Source: an uncultured Candidatus Saccharibacteria bacterium
GTDB taxonomy: Bacteria > Patescibacteriota > Minisyncoccia > Phycocordibacterales > UBA918
Reading direction: 5' to 3'
NCBI GenBank assembly: GCA_964350735.1
Contig: CAYGKO010000001.1
Coordinates: forward strand, 182,578-246,577
Length of the DNA: 64,000 nucleotides
Both the position numbers and the translations under genes were made by a program. The notes under the pieces are model-generated. The model was not told the DNA's origin. It was given only the letters and a program-made list of their open reading frames with translations, and searched no databases. Shown piece by piece: positions 47,491 to 57,961 of this stretch (its first letter is position 1; every line of letters starts with the position of its first letter).

Positions 47491-48963
47491 TTAAGCCTTC
47501 TTCTCTTCTTTTGTTTCAGTCTCTGCAGCTTCTACTTCAGCCTCACTCTTTGCTTCTTCTTCAGCCATTTGGCCTTCGAAGTTTTCTGGGGTTTCTACCA
47601 CGTTGTCTTCCTTGCGGTCTTCGCTCACCACGTCGCGAGCGTCAGTCGCTTGGTCGGCGTTATCAAGCGGATTGCTGTCCGGCTTACTGGTGACGCCTTC
47701 GTCATTTTCGATTGCTTCGACTTCAGTTGCTTCTGGCGTACCTTCTGGCGCTGTGATGTTGGTTGGCTTGTCACCTGCTGCTTCAGCGAGTTCATCACCA
47801 CCAACTGACATGATGTCGATCTTCCAGCCAGTTAGCTTGGCAGCCAGTCGAACATTTTGTCCGCCCCGTCCGATAGCCAGTGACTGTTGGTCAGGTGCAA
47901 CTTCCACGATAGCGTGTCCACGTTCATTTTCTTCAGCATTTGCTTCTGATTCAATTCGTACTTCCATTACTTGAGCTGGTGAAAGTGCATCTTCGATAAA
48001 TTCAGCTGGGTCCTCACTCCATTCGATGATATCGATTTTTTCACCACCCAGTTCACTCATAACGGTCGATACTCGTACTCCTCTCTGTCCCACCATTGAT
48101 CCGACGGGATCAATATGTTGGTCATGAGCAAAGACAGCAATCTTTGAGCGACTTCCGGCTTCCCGCGCTACGGCCTTCACTTCTACCGCTCCACTCTGGA
48201 GCTCTGGAGCTTCAATCGCAAAGAGGTTCTCTAGGAATTCACCGTGTGACCGAGAAAGTTTTAGGAAAATTCCTCGTGGTGTTTCTTCCACGGCAAGGAG
48301 GAGACAGCGGATTCGTTCTCCTGGTCGGTATCGTTCGCCCGGGATTTGTTCGTCGTATGGCATTACACCCGTTACTCGTCCGAGATCAACGTATAAGTTA
48401 CCACGTTCGAAGCGCTGTACGTGTCCCATCACAATATCGCCTTCTTTCTGACCAAATTCTTTCAAAGCGGAAGTCTTTTCTGCTTCTCGGATCTTCTGGA
48501 TGATTACTTGCTTGGCCGTTTGGGCTGCAATCCGACCGAAGTCGTCTTTTGGTTCAAGGGGGAAGACGAGTTCTTCTCCTACTTCCACGTCCTTTTTAAT
48601 GAGTCGGGCAGTTTCGATCATGATGTGCTTTTCAGCATCAAAGCGGACTTTTTCACCTTCAACCAGTACTTCTTCTGGCTCAATGTAATGTCGTCGATGG
48701 TTTTCTTCGGGTACTTCTTCGATTTCTTCTTCCGTTTCTTCTTTCAGCATGCTCTCATCGAGCACTACTTTGATCTGGTTAAAGATCGTGGTTCCGGTAT
48801 TGATATCAAATTCTGCTCGGATGATTTGGCCCCGCTTACCGAATTCTTTCTTGTAGGCAGTGGCAAGTGATGACGCAATGGCATCAAGCATGGTGTCACG
48901 GGGAATCCCGCGCTCTTCTTCCATCTCGGCTAACACCGAGTTAATTACTTTAAGGTCAAACAT
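47491..48963 (-). CDS. nusA: transcription termination/antitermination factor NusA
   Basis: FGRIAAQTAKQ, S1, REAGSRSKIAV, AIGRGGQNVRLA. Confidence 0.97.
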   Translation of the reverse strand: MFDLKVINSVLAEMEEERGIPRDTMLDAIASSLATAYKKEFGKRGQIIRAEFDINTGTTIFNQIKVVLDESMLKEETEEEIEEVPEENHRRHYIEPEEVLVEGEKVRFDAEKHIMIETARLIKKDVEVGEELVFPLEPKDDFGRIAAQTAKQVIIQKIREAEKTSALKEFGQKEGDIVMGHVQRFERGNLYVDLGRVTGVMPYDEQIPGERYRPGERIRCLLLAVEETPRGIFLKLSRSHGEFLENLFAIEAPELQSGAVEVKAVAREAGSRSKIAVFAHDQHIDPVGSMVGQRGVRVSTVMSELGGEKIDIIEWSEDPAEFIEDALSPAQVMEVRIESEANAEENERGHAIVEVAPDQQSLAIGRGGQNVRLAAKLTGWKIDIMSVGGDELAEAAGDKPTNITAPEGTPEATEVEAIENDEGVTSKPDSNPLDNADQATDARDVVSEDRKEDNVVETPENFEGQMAEEEAKSEAEVEAAETETKEEKKA

Positions 48964-49186
48964 AATTCTTTAATTACTATATAAAGGAGTATTCTCCGTG
49001 TGTGTAATGTATTACTAACAATGCGCGGCCGAGGGCCGCGCATGTCAGTCAATGAACCTACTCTACTGGTTTTGGTGGTACTTGTCAAAATGTGCAAAGC
49101 CGGAGCGTTATGGTTGAGTGGCAATGGTACAATGTAGTCACGACAAAGCTCTACAGTTCTTTGGTTCGTTTATTTTTTGGAGAATC

Positions 49187-50935
49187 GTGCGTATTCAAGA
49201 TGCACAACTAAAACGGTTTGTTACTGATTCTGGTCTGGTGACCAAGAAGGATTTAAGTGCGGCCGAGAAAGTAGCTAAAGAAGAAAAACGAACCTTAGCT
49301 GAAGCCCTGGTAGCTGCCGGTTACATGAGTGAAGATGATATGCGCCGAGTGGAGTCATACGTACTTGGGATCCCGTTTGTATCACTTAAAGACATCAAGA
49401 TTGATTTTGAAATCCTTTCGATGATCCCGGAACCAGTGGCTCGTAATCACAATATTATTGCCTTCAAGAAGCATGATGATGCACTTGAGGTAGCAATGCT
49501 CGATACCGCTGACTTGCCAGCCATTGATTTTGTGAAGAAGAAAGTAGGATTAAAGATCCAGCCGCGCCTGACTGACACTGAATCGATGCGAAGTGCGTTG
49601 CAGCAGTACCAAAAGACACTCAAAGATGAGTTTGGTGACATCATCATGAAGGAGACCTCAGCCTTGAAGGTGATTGCAGAAGAAAATGGTGAAGAAGCGA
49701 GTGAAGAAGATCTAAAAAAGATGGCTGAAGATCTCCCGGTAGTACGTATCGTTGATACGCTGCTGCGGCACGCTATTATTCAAGGTGCCTCTGACATTCA
49801 TATCGAACCGATGGAGAACGAAGTGTTAGTGCGGTATCGAATCGACGGTATTTTACATGACGCGATGACGCTTCCGAAGCATGCGTCAGGGACTATCGTG
49901 GCCCGTCTCAAAGTCCTCTCCAACCTAAAGCTTGACCAAAAGCGCCTTCCGCAAGACGGTCGATTTAAGATGGAAATGGATGGGCAGAAGGTATCGTTTC
50001 GAGTCTCAATGCTGCCAATTTACTACGGCGAAAAAGTAGTAATGCGTCTGCTGCGCGAAAATCGATCTGGTTTTAACCTAGAAGGCATTGGCTTTCATGG
50101 TAGTACACTCGAACGAGTACATGGTGCGATGAAGCAAACTACCGGCATTATTTTAGTAACGGGACCAACCGGGTCGGGTAAAACTACTACGCTCTATACT
50201 ATTCTTGATCTTTTAAATACCCCTGAGGTAAATATTTCTACGATTGAGGATCCAATCGAGTACCAAATGCCCCGCATCAACCAGACGCAAGTAAAGTCTG
50301 ATATTGGTTTTACGTTTTCTTCTGGACTACGTTCCCTGATGCGACAAGATCCAGACATTATTATGGTGGGAGAAATTCGTGATCAAGAAACTGCCGCGTT
50401 AGCAATTAATGCTGCCCTGACTGGGCACTTGGTGCTCGCGACTGTGCACACCAACTCGGCGGCAGGAACCGTAGCCCGTTTGATGGACATGGGGGTGGAG
50501 TCATTCTTGCTGGTATCAACCCTGCGGGTGGCTGTTGGGCAACGACTCGTGCGAAAATTAGGTGATTCACGAGAGACCTATACGTTGTCTCCAGCAGAAC
50601 AAGCTGAGTTGGCAAAGCACGCTGATCTTGATGCCGTGCTCGAAGCGATGAAAGAAGAAAAAATTGTAAAAGGTAATGCCACCTGGAATTCAATTCCGTT
50701 TTATCGACCAACTGCAGATGCTGGCGATGATGCGTATAAAGGACGGTCAGGTATTCATGAGGTTTTGACCGTGACTCCAACAATCAAAGATATGGTGATG
50801 AAGAAAGCGACAGCTGATGATATTGAGGATCAGTGTCGCAAGGAGGGGATGCTTACTATGCTTGAGGACGGCATTTATAAAGCTGCGCGCGGGGTTACTT
50901 CGGTTGAAGAGGTGCTTAGAGTCATTAATGAATAG
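49187..50935 (+). CDS. pilB: type IV pilus assembly ATPase (PilB/GspE)
   Basis: ASDIHIEP, PQDGR, GPTGSGKTTT, RQDPDIIMVGEIRD. Confidence 0.93.
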   Translation: MRIQDAQLKRFVTDSGLVTKKDLSAAEKVAKEEKRTLAEALVAAGYMSEDDMRRVESYVLGIPFVSLKDIKIDFEILSMIPEPVARNHNIIAFKKHDDALEVAMLDTADLPAIDFVKKKVGLKIQPRLTDTESMRSALQQYQKTLKDEFGDIIMKETSALKVIAEENGEEASEEDLKKMAEDLPVVRIVDTLLRHAIIQGASDIHIEPMENEVLVRYRIDGILHDAMTLPKHASGTIVARLKVLSNLKLDQKRLPQDGRFKMEMDGQKVSFRVSMLPIYYGEKVVMRLLRENRSGFNLEGIGFHGSTLERVHGAMKQTTGIILVTGPTGSGKTTTLYTILDLLNTPEVNISTIEDPIEYQMPRINQTQVKSDIGFTFSSGLRSLMRQDPDIIMVGEIRDQETAALAINAALTGHLVLATVHTNSAAGTVARLMDMGVESFLLVSTLRVAVGQRLVRKLGDSRETYTLSPAEQAELAKHADLDAVLEAMKEEKIVKGNATWNSIPFYRPTADAGDDAYKGRSGIHEVLTVTPTIKDMVMKKATADDIEDQCRKEGMLTMLEDGIYKAARGVTSVEEVLRVINE

Positions 50936-50937
50936 TT

Positions 50938-52167
50938 ATGTCTAAATTCACGTATACAGGCGAAGATACAGCGGGTAACAAAGTAACCGAAACAGTAGAA
51001 GCGGCAGACCGTTACGCAGTATATGAGGTGGCGCGTAAAAGTGGTCACAGTGTGGCTAGCATTACTGATGCTGGAGGTGGGGGCCTGAAGCAATTTTTGA
51101 ATGTTGAAAAGATCGAGTACATGATCAGTCGGGTGAAAGATGATGAGGTAGTAATGACGACTCGAAATCTTGGCTCAATGCTTGTCGCTGGACTGCCACT
51201 TTCGCGGGCGCTTTCTGTGATTGAGCGACAGAGTACAAACCCTAAGCTAAAAGGGGTGCTTAAAGATGTGCGAGAACAAATTGAGAAAGGAGAGCAGTTT
51301 AACGCGTCGTTGGCAAAGTATCCTAAGATTTTTAGTGATCTCTACGTATCGATGGTCAAAGCAGGAGAGGAAAGTGGAATGTTGGCAGAGTCTCTAAGCA
51401 CACTCGCATTGCAGATGGAGAAAGCCTCTAATTTAAAAAAGAAGATTAAAGGAGCGATGATGTACCCAGCCATAGTGATTGTGATCATGGCAGTAATTGG
51501 GGTATTGATGATGATTTATGTGATGCCATCTATTACTGGTACGTTTACAAAGATTGGAGTTGATCTGCCGACGACGACAAAGATCTTGATCGCTACTAGT
51601 AATTTTATGGTAGAGCACACCTTCTTAGTGATTGCGGGAATGATTGGCTCGGTAGTAGGATTTTTGTACGCCCTACGTACAAAATATGGCAAGATTGTCT
51701 TTCATTGGATCATTATCCATTTACCGGTGATTGGGACGTTGGTAAAAGAAACTAACGCTGCCCGAACAGCGCGAACGCTTTCGTCACTCCTTCATTCAGG
51801 GGTAGATGTAATTCGCTCATTAAATATTACTGAAGAGGTAATTCAAAATGTGTATTACAAACCAATTATTAAAGAAGCCGCCACTCGAGTGGAGAAAGGG
51901 ACGGCTTTGTCTGAAACGTTTATTGAAAACAATAAACTTTTCCCTGTATTGGTAGGAGAAATGATTTTAGTAGGAGAAGAAACCGGCCAGATTGCCCAAA
52001 TGCTTGAGCAGCTGGCGACATTTTATGAAACCGAAGTGGAGAATAAAACCAAGGACCTTTCGACAATTATCGAGCCACTGTTGATGGTGGTGATTGGAGG
52101 TACGGTTGGATTCTTTGCGCTCGCTATGATCGCGCCGATTTATTCGATTGGTGACAGTATTGGGTAA
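50938..52167 (+). CDS. pilC: type IV pilus platform protein (PilC/GspF)
   Basis: Two T2SSF repeats (GEESG / GEETG), three TMs. Confidence 0.93.
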   Translation: MSKFTYTGEDTAGNKVTETVEAADRYAVYEVARKSGHSVASITDAGGGGLKQFLNVEKIEYMISRVKDDEVVMTTRNLGSMLVAGLPLSRALSVIERQSTNPKLKGVLKDVREQIEKGEQFNASLAKYPKIFSDLYVSMVKAGEESGMLAESLSTLALQMEKASNLKKKIKGAMMYPAIVIVIMAVIGVLMMIYVMPSITGTFTKIGVDLPTTTKILIATSNFMVEHTFLVIAGMIGSVVGFLYALRTKYGKIVFHWIIIHLPVIGTLVKETNAARTARTLSSLLHSGVDVIRSLNITEEVIQNVYYKPIIKEAATRVEKGTALSETFIENNKLFPVLVGEMILVGEETGQIAQMLEQLATFYETEVENKTKDLSTIIEPLLMVVIGGTVGFFALAMIAPIYSIGDSIG

Positions 52168-52171
52168 AACT

Positions 52172-55087
52172 ATGAACAGACATTCTTTGGAGACGCAGTC
52201 GAAACCAGCAGCGCTATTTTCGACTGTTTCAACCAAGCGTGGAGTGTCGCTGGTAGAAGTTATTGTGGTGTCAGCTCTGTCAGCTATTGTGTTTTCTGGT
52301 TTATTCTCAGGATTACAACTAATGATTAATATCATTAGTAATTCTAAAGCCGAAGCTGGCGCGCGTTCATTGGCGGTTGAACGGATGGAGTATATTCGGT
52401 CGCTGCCGTATAACGATGTGGGAACAGTGTTAGGTATTCCAGCCGGTTTGATCCCGCAGACATCCACTACCTCACTGAATGGTATTCAGTACACCGAGCG
52501 AGTATTAGTCCAATTCCTTGACCGACCAGAAGATGGTTTTGCCGGGGCTGATAGTAATGGTATTACTGAAGACAGTAAGGTGGTTAAAGTGCAGTACACC
52601 TGGGATCAGCGTGGTGAAACGCGTACAACAACGCTGATTTCAGACTTAGTTCCAAAGGGGATCGAGTCGACAGCTGGCGGCGGAACACTGCTCATTAATG
52701 TATTTGATGCAGCGGTGCAGCCAGTAGTGGGTGCTCAAGTGCATGTGTTTAATGACACACTAGCCACCTCGACAGATGTGACGGTAACAACTAACGCCAA
52801 CGGTATTGCAAACTTCCCCGGAGCACCAGCCGGTGCCGGGTATCAAATCACCGTCACCAATCCAGGCTATTCAAGTGACCAGACGTATTCAGCTACTGCG
52901 ACTAATACCAGTCCAAATCCTCCCCACGTAGCAGTAGTAGAGGGTGACGTGTCAACGGTGAATTTTGCCATCGACCGGTTGAGTGACTTAACGTTACGCA
53001 CCATCAGTACACCAATCACGGGTGTCTTTTCAGATACATTTTCCTCTGACGCGCAGGTTGCAACCAGAACGGCTACAGTAGTATCAGGTGGAGGAATTAT
53101 CCTGGCCGGGGGAGCAGGTTCATATGAAAGTACCGGGACTGCATTTTCCTCTACGACAGAGCCAACCACCATTGATTCGTGGCAGTCAATAGATTTTAAC
53201 GGTACGACTACAGCTAATTCACTCTTCCGCGTGCGGTTGTACGAAGTAACCGGAGTCGGGACTTCTTCTATATACACTCTGATTCCAGATGCAGAGTTAT
53301 CTTCAAATAGTGTTGGGTTTATTGCTGGGCCGGTAGATATTACCTCGATCGATGCGAGCGTATATGATCGGATTGCACTCGGAGTCACTCTTACGTCTAG
53401 TAGTAGTAGTGAAACAGCGGAGTTGTTTGACTGGTCGCTGACACACGTTGAGTCAGAAACGCCTATTAGCGGATTAACTTTTGATATTGCGGGTAGTAAA
53501 ACTATTGGTGACAACGGTGGTGTGCCGGTGTTGAAATACAGCAACGTTGTAACAACGAACGGTAGCGGAGAATCGGCTCTCACTGATCTAGAGTGGGATT
53601 CCTATAGTATTACTTTAGACGGTGTAACAGAGGGCTACAACATCAAAGAAGCCTATGCCCCATTGCCGTACGCTCTATCACCAAATGTAATAGACGAGCT
53701 GACTCTTGTAATGGAGCCACACTCGGCGCAGTCACTCCGAACTACAGTAATCGATACGCTAGGGGTAGCAATTCCAGGGGCAGACGTCCGGCTATCAAAC
53801 GGTAGCTTTGATCAAACTTTGGAGACATCCATTTATGGACAAGTATTTTTTACCGGCATGTCTGCGGCGAGTGATTTTGCCCTTGATGTGACTGCGGGTG
53901 GATATGAAACTGATAATCAAACCAACTTTAGTGTTACCGGAACTACTGAAACTCTGGTTATTTTAAGTACGGCCGGCAGTGGTGGTGGAGGAGGGTCAAC
54001 TTCAACCCCAACTACAAGCACGAGTACATTCTTAGTCGGGTATGACACTCGGTTGCCGCTCAGTATTAGTGGTACCTCATTATTTGGTAGCGTGAATGAC
54101 TTCCCGGTCTATGTTGACCTGAGTGATCTTCCAAGCGCCTTCTTTAGTACCGTTCAAGCCAGCGGAGCTGATATTCGTATTACTACTGGTGATGGCTTAA
54201 CTGAAGTGCCGCGAGAAGTGGTAGCAATCGATACGGGAGCAGAAACCGGTCAACTGCACTTCAAAGCGCCGTCATTAGATACTGGCACAACAAGTGTTTT
54301 CTATCTCTACTACGGCAGTTCCACTGCACCTGCGTACGCAGCTAATGACACGTATGGTGCCCAAAATGTATGGACTAATGGTTATTTAGCGGTATACCAC
54401 ATGGAGGAAAGCGCTGCTGGTAGCGGCAACAGTGATGTGTACCGGGATGCAACGGTAAATGCAGCCCATGGAGATGACTTTGTGGCTGAGACTAATAAGA
54501 GTGGATTCCTTGGTCTGGGACAACGATTTGAAGAGAATACTACTGACTACATGGAACTTCCCCATACTGTACTTGATGGTGAAACTGATGTGACCTTGAG
54601 CTTCTGGTATGCGTCTAATAACAGTAACCGTCGGGCAGTTTTGAGCGGGGCATCAGCGTATGATACAAACGAAAACGCTAACGAATACTTGTTCTGGTTT
54701 GAAGATAATAACGAGATTGAATTGTTTTCACACGGAGACCGAGTTAATTACGGCACTTCAAATTTGAACGACTTTAATTGGCGTTACTACACAGCAGTAC
54801 GTGATGATGTAAATGATGAAATGCGCCTGTATATTAATGGTGCCGCCGATAATGAAAATCCGGAGTCGCTCACTATGACAGCTCTCGATATCACCTCCGG
54901 TGGTTTGGTGTTTGGCGCTGACCAAGATCGTAACGTCACTTCGCCAAATGATTCGTGGCTTGATGATGACATTGATGAAATTCGAATCTCAAGTACGGTG
55001 CGTGACGCTGGCTGGATCAGTAATGAGTATTCAAACCAGAACTCTTCGTCATTATTCTATACAATTGGAAGTGAAGAAACAGAATAA
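52172..55087 (+). CDS. large pilin-fused adhesin-like protein (carboxypeptidase-regulatory-like, DUF2341-like and LamG-like domains)
   Basis: RG|VSLVE prepilin site; NDFPVYV..DIR..YLYYG; DEIRIS..WI..EY. Confidence 0.8.
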   Translation: MNRHSLETQSKPAALFSTVSTKRGVSLVEVIVVSALSAIVFSGLFSGLQLMINIISNSKAEAGARSLAVERMEYIRSLPYNDVGTVLGIPAGLIPQTSTTSLNGIQYTERVLVQFLDRPEDGFAGADSNGITEDSKVVKVQYTWDQRGETRTTTLISDLVPKGIESTAGGGTLLINVFDAAVQPVVGAQVHVFNDTLATSTDVTVTTNANGIANFPGAPAGAGYQITVTNPGYSSDQTYSATATNTSPNPPHVAVVEGDVSTVNFAIDRLSDLTLRTISTPITGVFSDTFSSDAQVATRTATVVSGGGIILAGGAGSYESTGTAFSSTTEPTTIDSWQSIDFNGTTTANSLFRVRLYEVTGVGTSSIYTLIPDAELSSNSVGFIAGPVDITSIDASVYDRIALGVTLTSSSSSETAELFDWSLTHVESETPISGLTFDIAGSKTIGDNGGVPVLKYSNVVTTNGSGESALTDLEWDSYSITLDGVTEGYNIKEAYAPLPYALSPNVIDELTLVMEPHSAQSLRTTVIDTLGVAIPGADVRLSNGSFDQTLETSIYGQVFFTGMSAASDFALDVTAGGYETDNQTNFSVTGTTETLVILSTAGSGGGGGSTSTPTTSTSTFLVGYDTRLPLSISGTSLFGSVNDFPVYVDLSDLPSAFFSTVQASGADIRITTGDGLTEVPREVVAIDTGAETGQLHFKAPSLDTGTTSVFYLYYGSSTAPAYAANDTYGAQNVWTNGYLAVYHMEESAAGSGNSDVYRDATVNAAHGDDFVAETNKSGFLGLGQRFEENTTDYMELPHTVLDGETDVTLSFWYASNNSNRRAVLSGASAYDTNENANEYLFWFEDNNEIELFSHGDRVNYGTSNLNDFNWRYYTAVRDDVNDEMRLYINGAADNENPESLTMTALDITSGGLVFGADQDRNVTSPNDSWLDDDIDEIRISSTVRDAGWISNEYSNQNSSSLFYTIGSEETE

Positions 55088-55089
55088 CT

Positions 55090-55704
55090 ATGAAAAATTT
55101 TTACTCATCAGTTATGAAGAAGGGAATGTCACTCGTTGAGATGTTAGTGGTGGTGGCTCTGTTTACTATTCTGTCACTGGCGATTACAAATTCGATTGAT
55201 TCATTTTATAAATTTAATTCATACACCATTGCTCAGTCCTATCAAGTGAGCGAGGCGAGGCGAGGGTTACAAAACTTGATTCGCGACATTAGAGAAATGA
55301 CGTATGCAGATGACGGAGCGTTTCCGCTTATATCTCGTGGAAGCACAACCATTTCTTTTTATAGTGATATTGACCGTGATGATAGTGTGGAATTAATCGA
55401 GTATGAGCTGGCAACCACAACACTCTATAAGAACATTTATGACGCCGTTGGTTCGCCACCAATTTACAACACGTCACCCAGTGAGACGATTATCATTTCT
55501 CGGTATGTACAAAATAATTTACAAGGAACCGAAATATTTAATTATTTTAATGAGGGTGGTTTACAGGCTACATCCACAACGCTCGTGACTGACATTAGAT
55601 ACGTTGGTGTTAATCTGATTATAAACATTGATCCAGTTCGAGATCCCGGAGAATTCTCACTACGTTCTAGCGCGTCACTCCGTAACTTGATTGAAAATTT
55701 ATGA
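55090..55704 (+). CDS. minor pilin (prepilin N-terminal cleavage motif)
   Basis: KG|MSLVEMLVV. Confidence 0.88.
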   Translation: MKNFYSSVMKKGMSLVEMLVVVALFTILSLAITNSIDSFYKFNSYTIAQSYQVSEARRGLQNLIRDIREMTYADDGAFPLISRGSTTISFYSDIDRDDSVELIEYELATTTLYKNIYDAVGSPPIYNTSPSETIIISRYVQNNLQGTEIFNYFNEGGLQATSTTLVTDIRYVGVNLIINIDPVRDPGEFSLRSSASLRNLIENL

Positions 55705-57116
55705 TGCAGCAAAAATCACAGAAAGGATATCTCGTTGTTTTAGTTCTTGTTTTTGGAGGTATCTTTTTCCTTTTGCTGGTTTCTTTTATGGGGTTTGTCC
55801 TACAACAAAAAATTACCCAAGACGCATTGCGTAATGAAGAGCGGGCGTTAGCAATCGCAGAAGCCGGCTTAAATTACTACAAGTGGTATCTCGCCCATAA
55901 CCCAGCGGATATCACAAACGGCACCGGTGCGCCTGGACCATATACAATTTCATATTCTGACCCAGAGGGTAGTGCAATTGGTGAATACGATTTAGATATC
56001 TCTAGTACTGAAGCTTGTGGAGCTATTCAGTCGATTGATATTGTTTCAACGGGGCGTACCTTTGAAGATCCTGATCGAGAGCGAACTATTTATGCTCGCT
56101 ACGCGCAGCCAACAGTATCTGAGTACGCGTACATTATTAATTCCAACGTTTGGGCTGGAGCTGACCGTACTATTATTGGCCCGTATCATTCTAATGGGGG
56201 CGTTCGAATGGATGGCACTAATAATTCGACCGTGACGAGCGGTCTTGAAGACTGGGCGTGTACCAGCACTTTTGGGTGTAATCCTAATAGTACTGAAGCA
56301 GGAGTATTTGGATCAGGGCCAAATAGTGATCTGTGGACGTATCCATCAACACCAATTAATTTTGCCGGCCTTACGCTAGACTTATCTGCGATGCAGACTA
56401 GTGCAATAGCAAACGGTCGACACTTCGGCTCGTCAGGAGATTTTGGATATTTGGTGCAATTTCTGAGTAACAACACCTTCAACATATCAACCGTTACGGG
56501 AACTCAGAGCTACGCAGCATACAATAGTTCTGATGGGTGGCATACAGAACGTAATGTCGTCACTGCCTCAACCTTTTTAGGAAACTATTCGATTCCACCA
56601 GATTGCTCATTAATTTTCATTGAAGACAAAGTATGGCTTGAAGGTACATTGAGCTCTAAAGTATCGTTAGCGGCAGCCGATATCGATACGGTAGGAGTAG
56701 ATCCTAGTATCATTATTAATGATGACATCATCTACTCTGGCAGTGATGCTGGATTACTGGCTCTGGCAGAAGAAGATGTTTTGATAGGGCTTGAGGTGCC
56801 AGACAATATGGACATTAGCGGTATCTTCATTGCCCAGGATGGTCGTTTTGGTCGTAATCGATATATAGCTGATGGTGGCAACGGGTTGCCCAGCTCACTT
56901 GATCAGTATGTATTTAGAAATTCACTAACGATGCACGGTACGATTGTTTCAAATGGTCGGGTTGGAACAAAATGGAGTTCTGGCGGAGTGTGGGTGTCGG
57001 GCTTTAACACGCGGTTTAATTCATACGATAGAGATTTAGTAGAAGATCCACCACCACTAACACCACAAGTGTCTGACTCGTATCAGTTTATTGATTGGCG
57101 CGAAGAAGAAGATTAA
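55701..57116 (+). CDS. PilX/GspK-like minor pilin
   Basis: KG|YLVVLVL, ALAIAEAG. Confidence 0.8.
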   Translation: MMQQKSQKGYLVVLVLVFGGIFFLLLVSFMGFVLQQKITQDALRNEERALAIAEAGLNYYKWYLAHNPADITNGTGAPGPYTISYSDPEGSAIGEYDLDISSTEACGAIQSIDIVSTGRTFEDPDRERTIYARYAQPTVSEYAYIINSNVWAGADRTIIGPYHSNGGVRMDGTNNSTVTSGLEDWACTSTFGCNPNSTEAGVFGSGPNSDLWTYPSTPINFAGLTLDLSAMQTSAIANGRHFGSSGDFGYLVQFLSNNTFNISTVTGTQSYAAYNSSDGWHTERNVVTASTFLGNYSIPPDCSLIFIEDKVWLEGTLSSKVSLAAADIDTVGVDPSIIINDDIIYSGSDAGLLALAEEDVLIGLEVPDNMDISGIFIAQDGRFGRNRYIADGGNGLPSSLDQYVFRNSLTMHGTIVSNGRVGTKWSSGGVWVSGFNTRFNSYDRDLVEDPPPLTPQVSDSYQFIDWREEED

Positions 57117-57178
57117 GGATGAAAAAGGGCGGGGAGCTTTGCTCCCCGCCCTTTTTCATCATGGTACAATGCCCCAAT

Positions 57179-57961
57179 ATGAAACCATACGTACCACTTA
57201 TCGTCGGCAACTGGAAGATGAATCCTAACACCGTTGATAAAGCCAAGCGATTATTTATTGATATTAGAGCAGCCCTTAAGGGTAGTAAGACAGCCGAGGT
57301 TGTAATCGCGCCACCGTTCCCGTATTTAGCAGATACTAATCGACTATCGCCGAGTGGTCGAATTGGGATTGGGGCCCAAGATGTCTTTTTTGAAGCTAGT
57401 GGAGCTTATACCGGGGAAGTATCGATGCCAATGCTCAGGAGTGTCGGGGTGAAATACGTGATTATTGGACATTCAGAGCGTCGCGCATTGGGTGAGACCG
57501 ATGAAGATATTTATAAGGATACCCAAGCAGCCTTGAGTCAGAAGGTTACCGCAATTGTATGTGTTGGAGAAAAGCATCGTGATAGCCATGGTAATTATTT
57601 TAGTGTGGTAGAAGCCCAATTACGGGCCGTACTTCGGGATGTAAAACCAAATCAATTGAAGAATTTAGTGATCGCATACGAACCAATTTGGGCTATTGGT
57701 ACTGGGAATACCGCTACAGCACAAGATGCTAGTGAAATGAAAATCTTCATTCAGAAAATTATTGCTGATCGATTTGACCGTAAGGCAATCAATAAAGTTC
57801 GTATTTTATATGGAGGATCAGTGAAAAAAGCTAACGCAGAAACGCTTTTACGGGGTAGTGGTGTGGATGGATTTTTGATTGGAGGGGCTAGTCTGAAGGC
57901 CAAAGAATTTGCCAGTATTGTAAAGACCGCTGAATCATATGCAAAAACACACACTACCTAA
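57179..57961 (+). CDS. tpiA: triosephosphate isomerase
   Basis: GNWKMN, GHSERR, AYEPIWAIGTG, YGGSV, GGASL. Confidence 0.97.
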   Translation: MKPYVPLIVGNWKMNPNTVDKAKRLFIDIRAALKGSKTAEVVIAPPFPYLADTNRLSPSGRIGIGAQDVFFEASGAYTGEVSMPMLRSVGVKYVIIGHSERRALGETDEDIYKDTQAALSQKVTAIVCVGEKHRDSHGNYFSVVEAQLRAVLRDVKPNQLKNLVIAYEPIWAIGTGNTATAQDASEMKIFIQKIIADRFDRKAINKVRILYGGSVKKANAETLLRGSGVDGFLIGGASLKAKEFASIVKTAESYAKTHTT

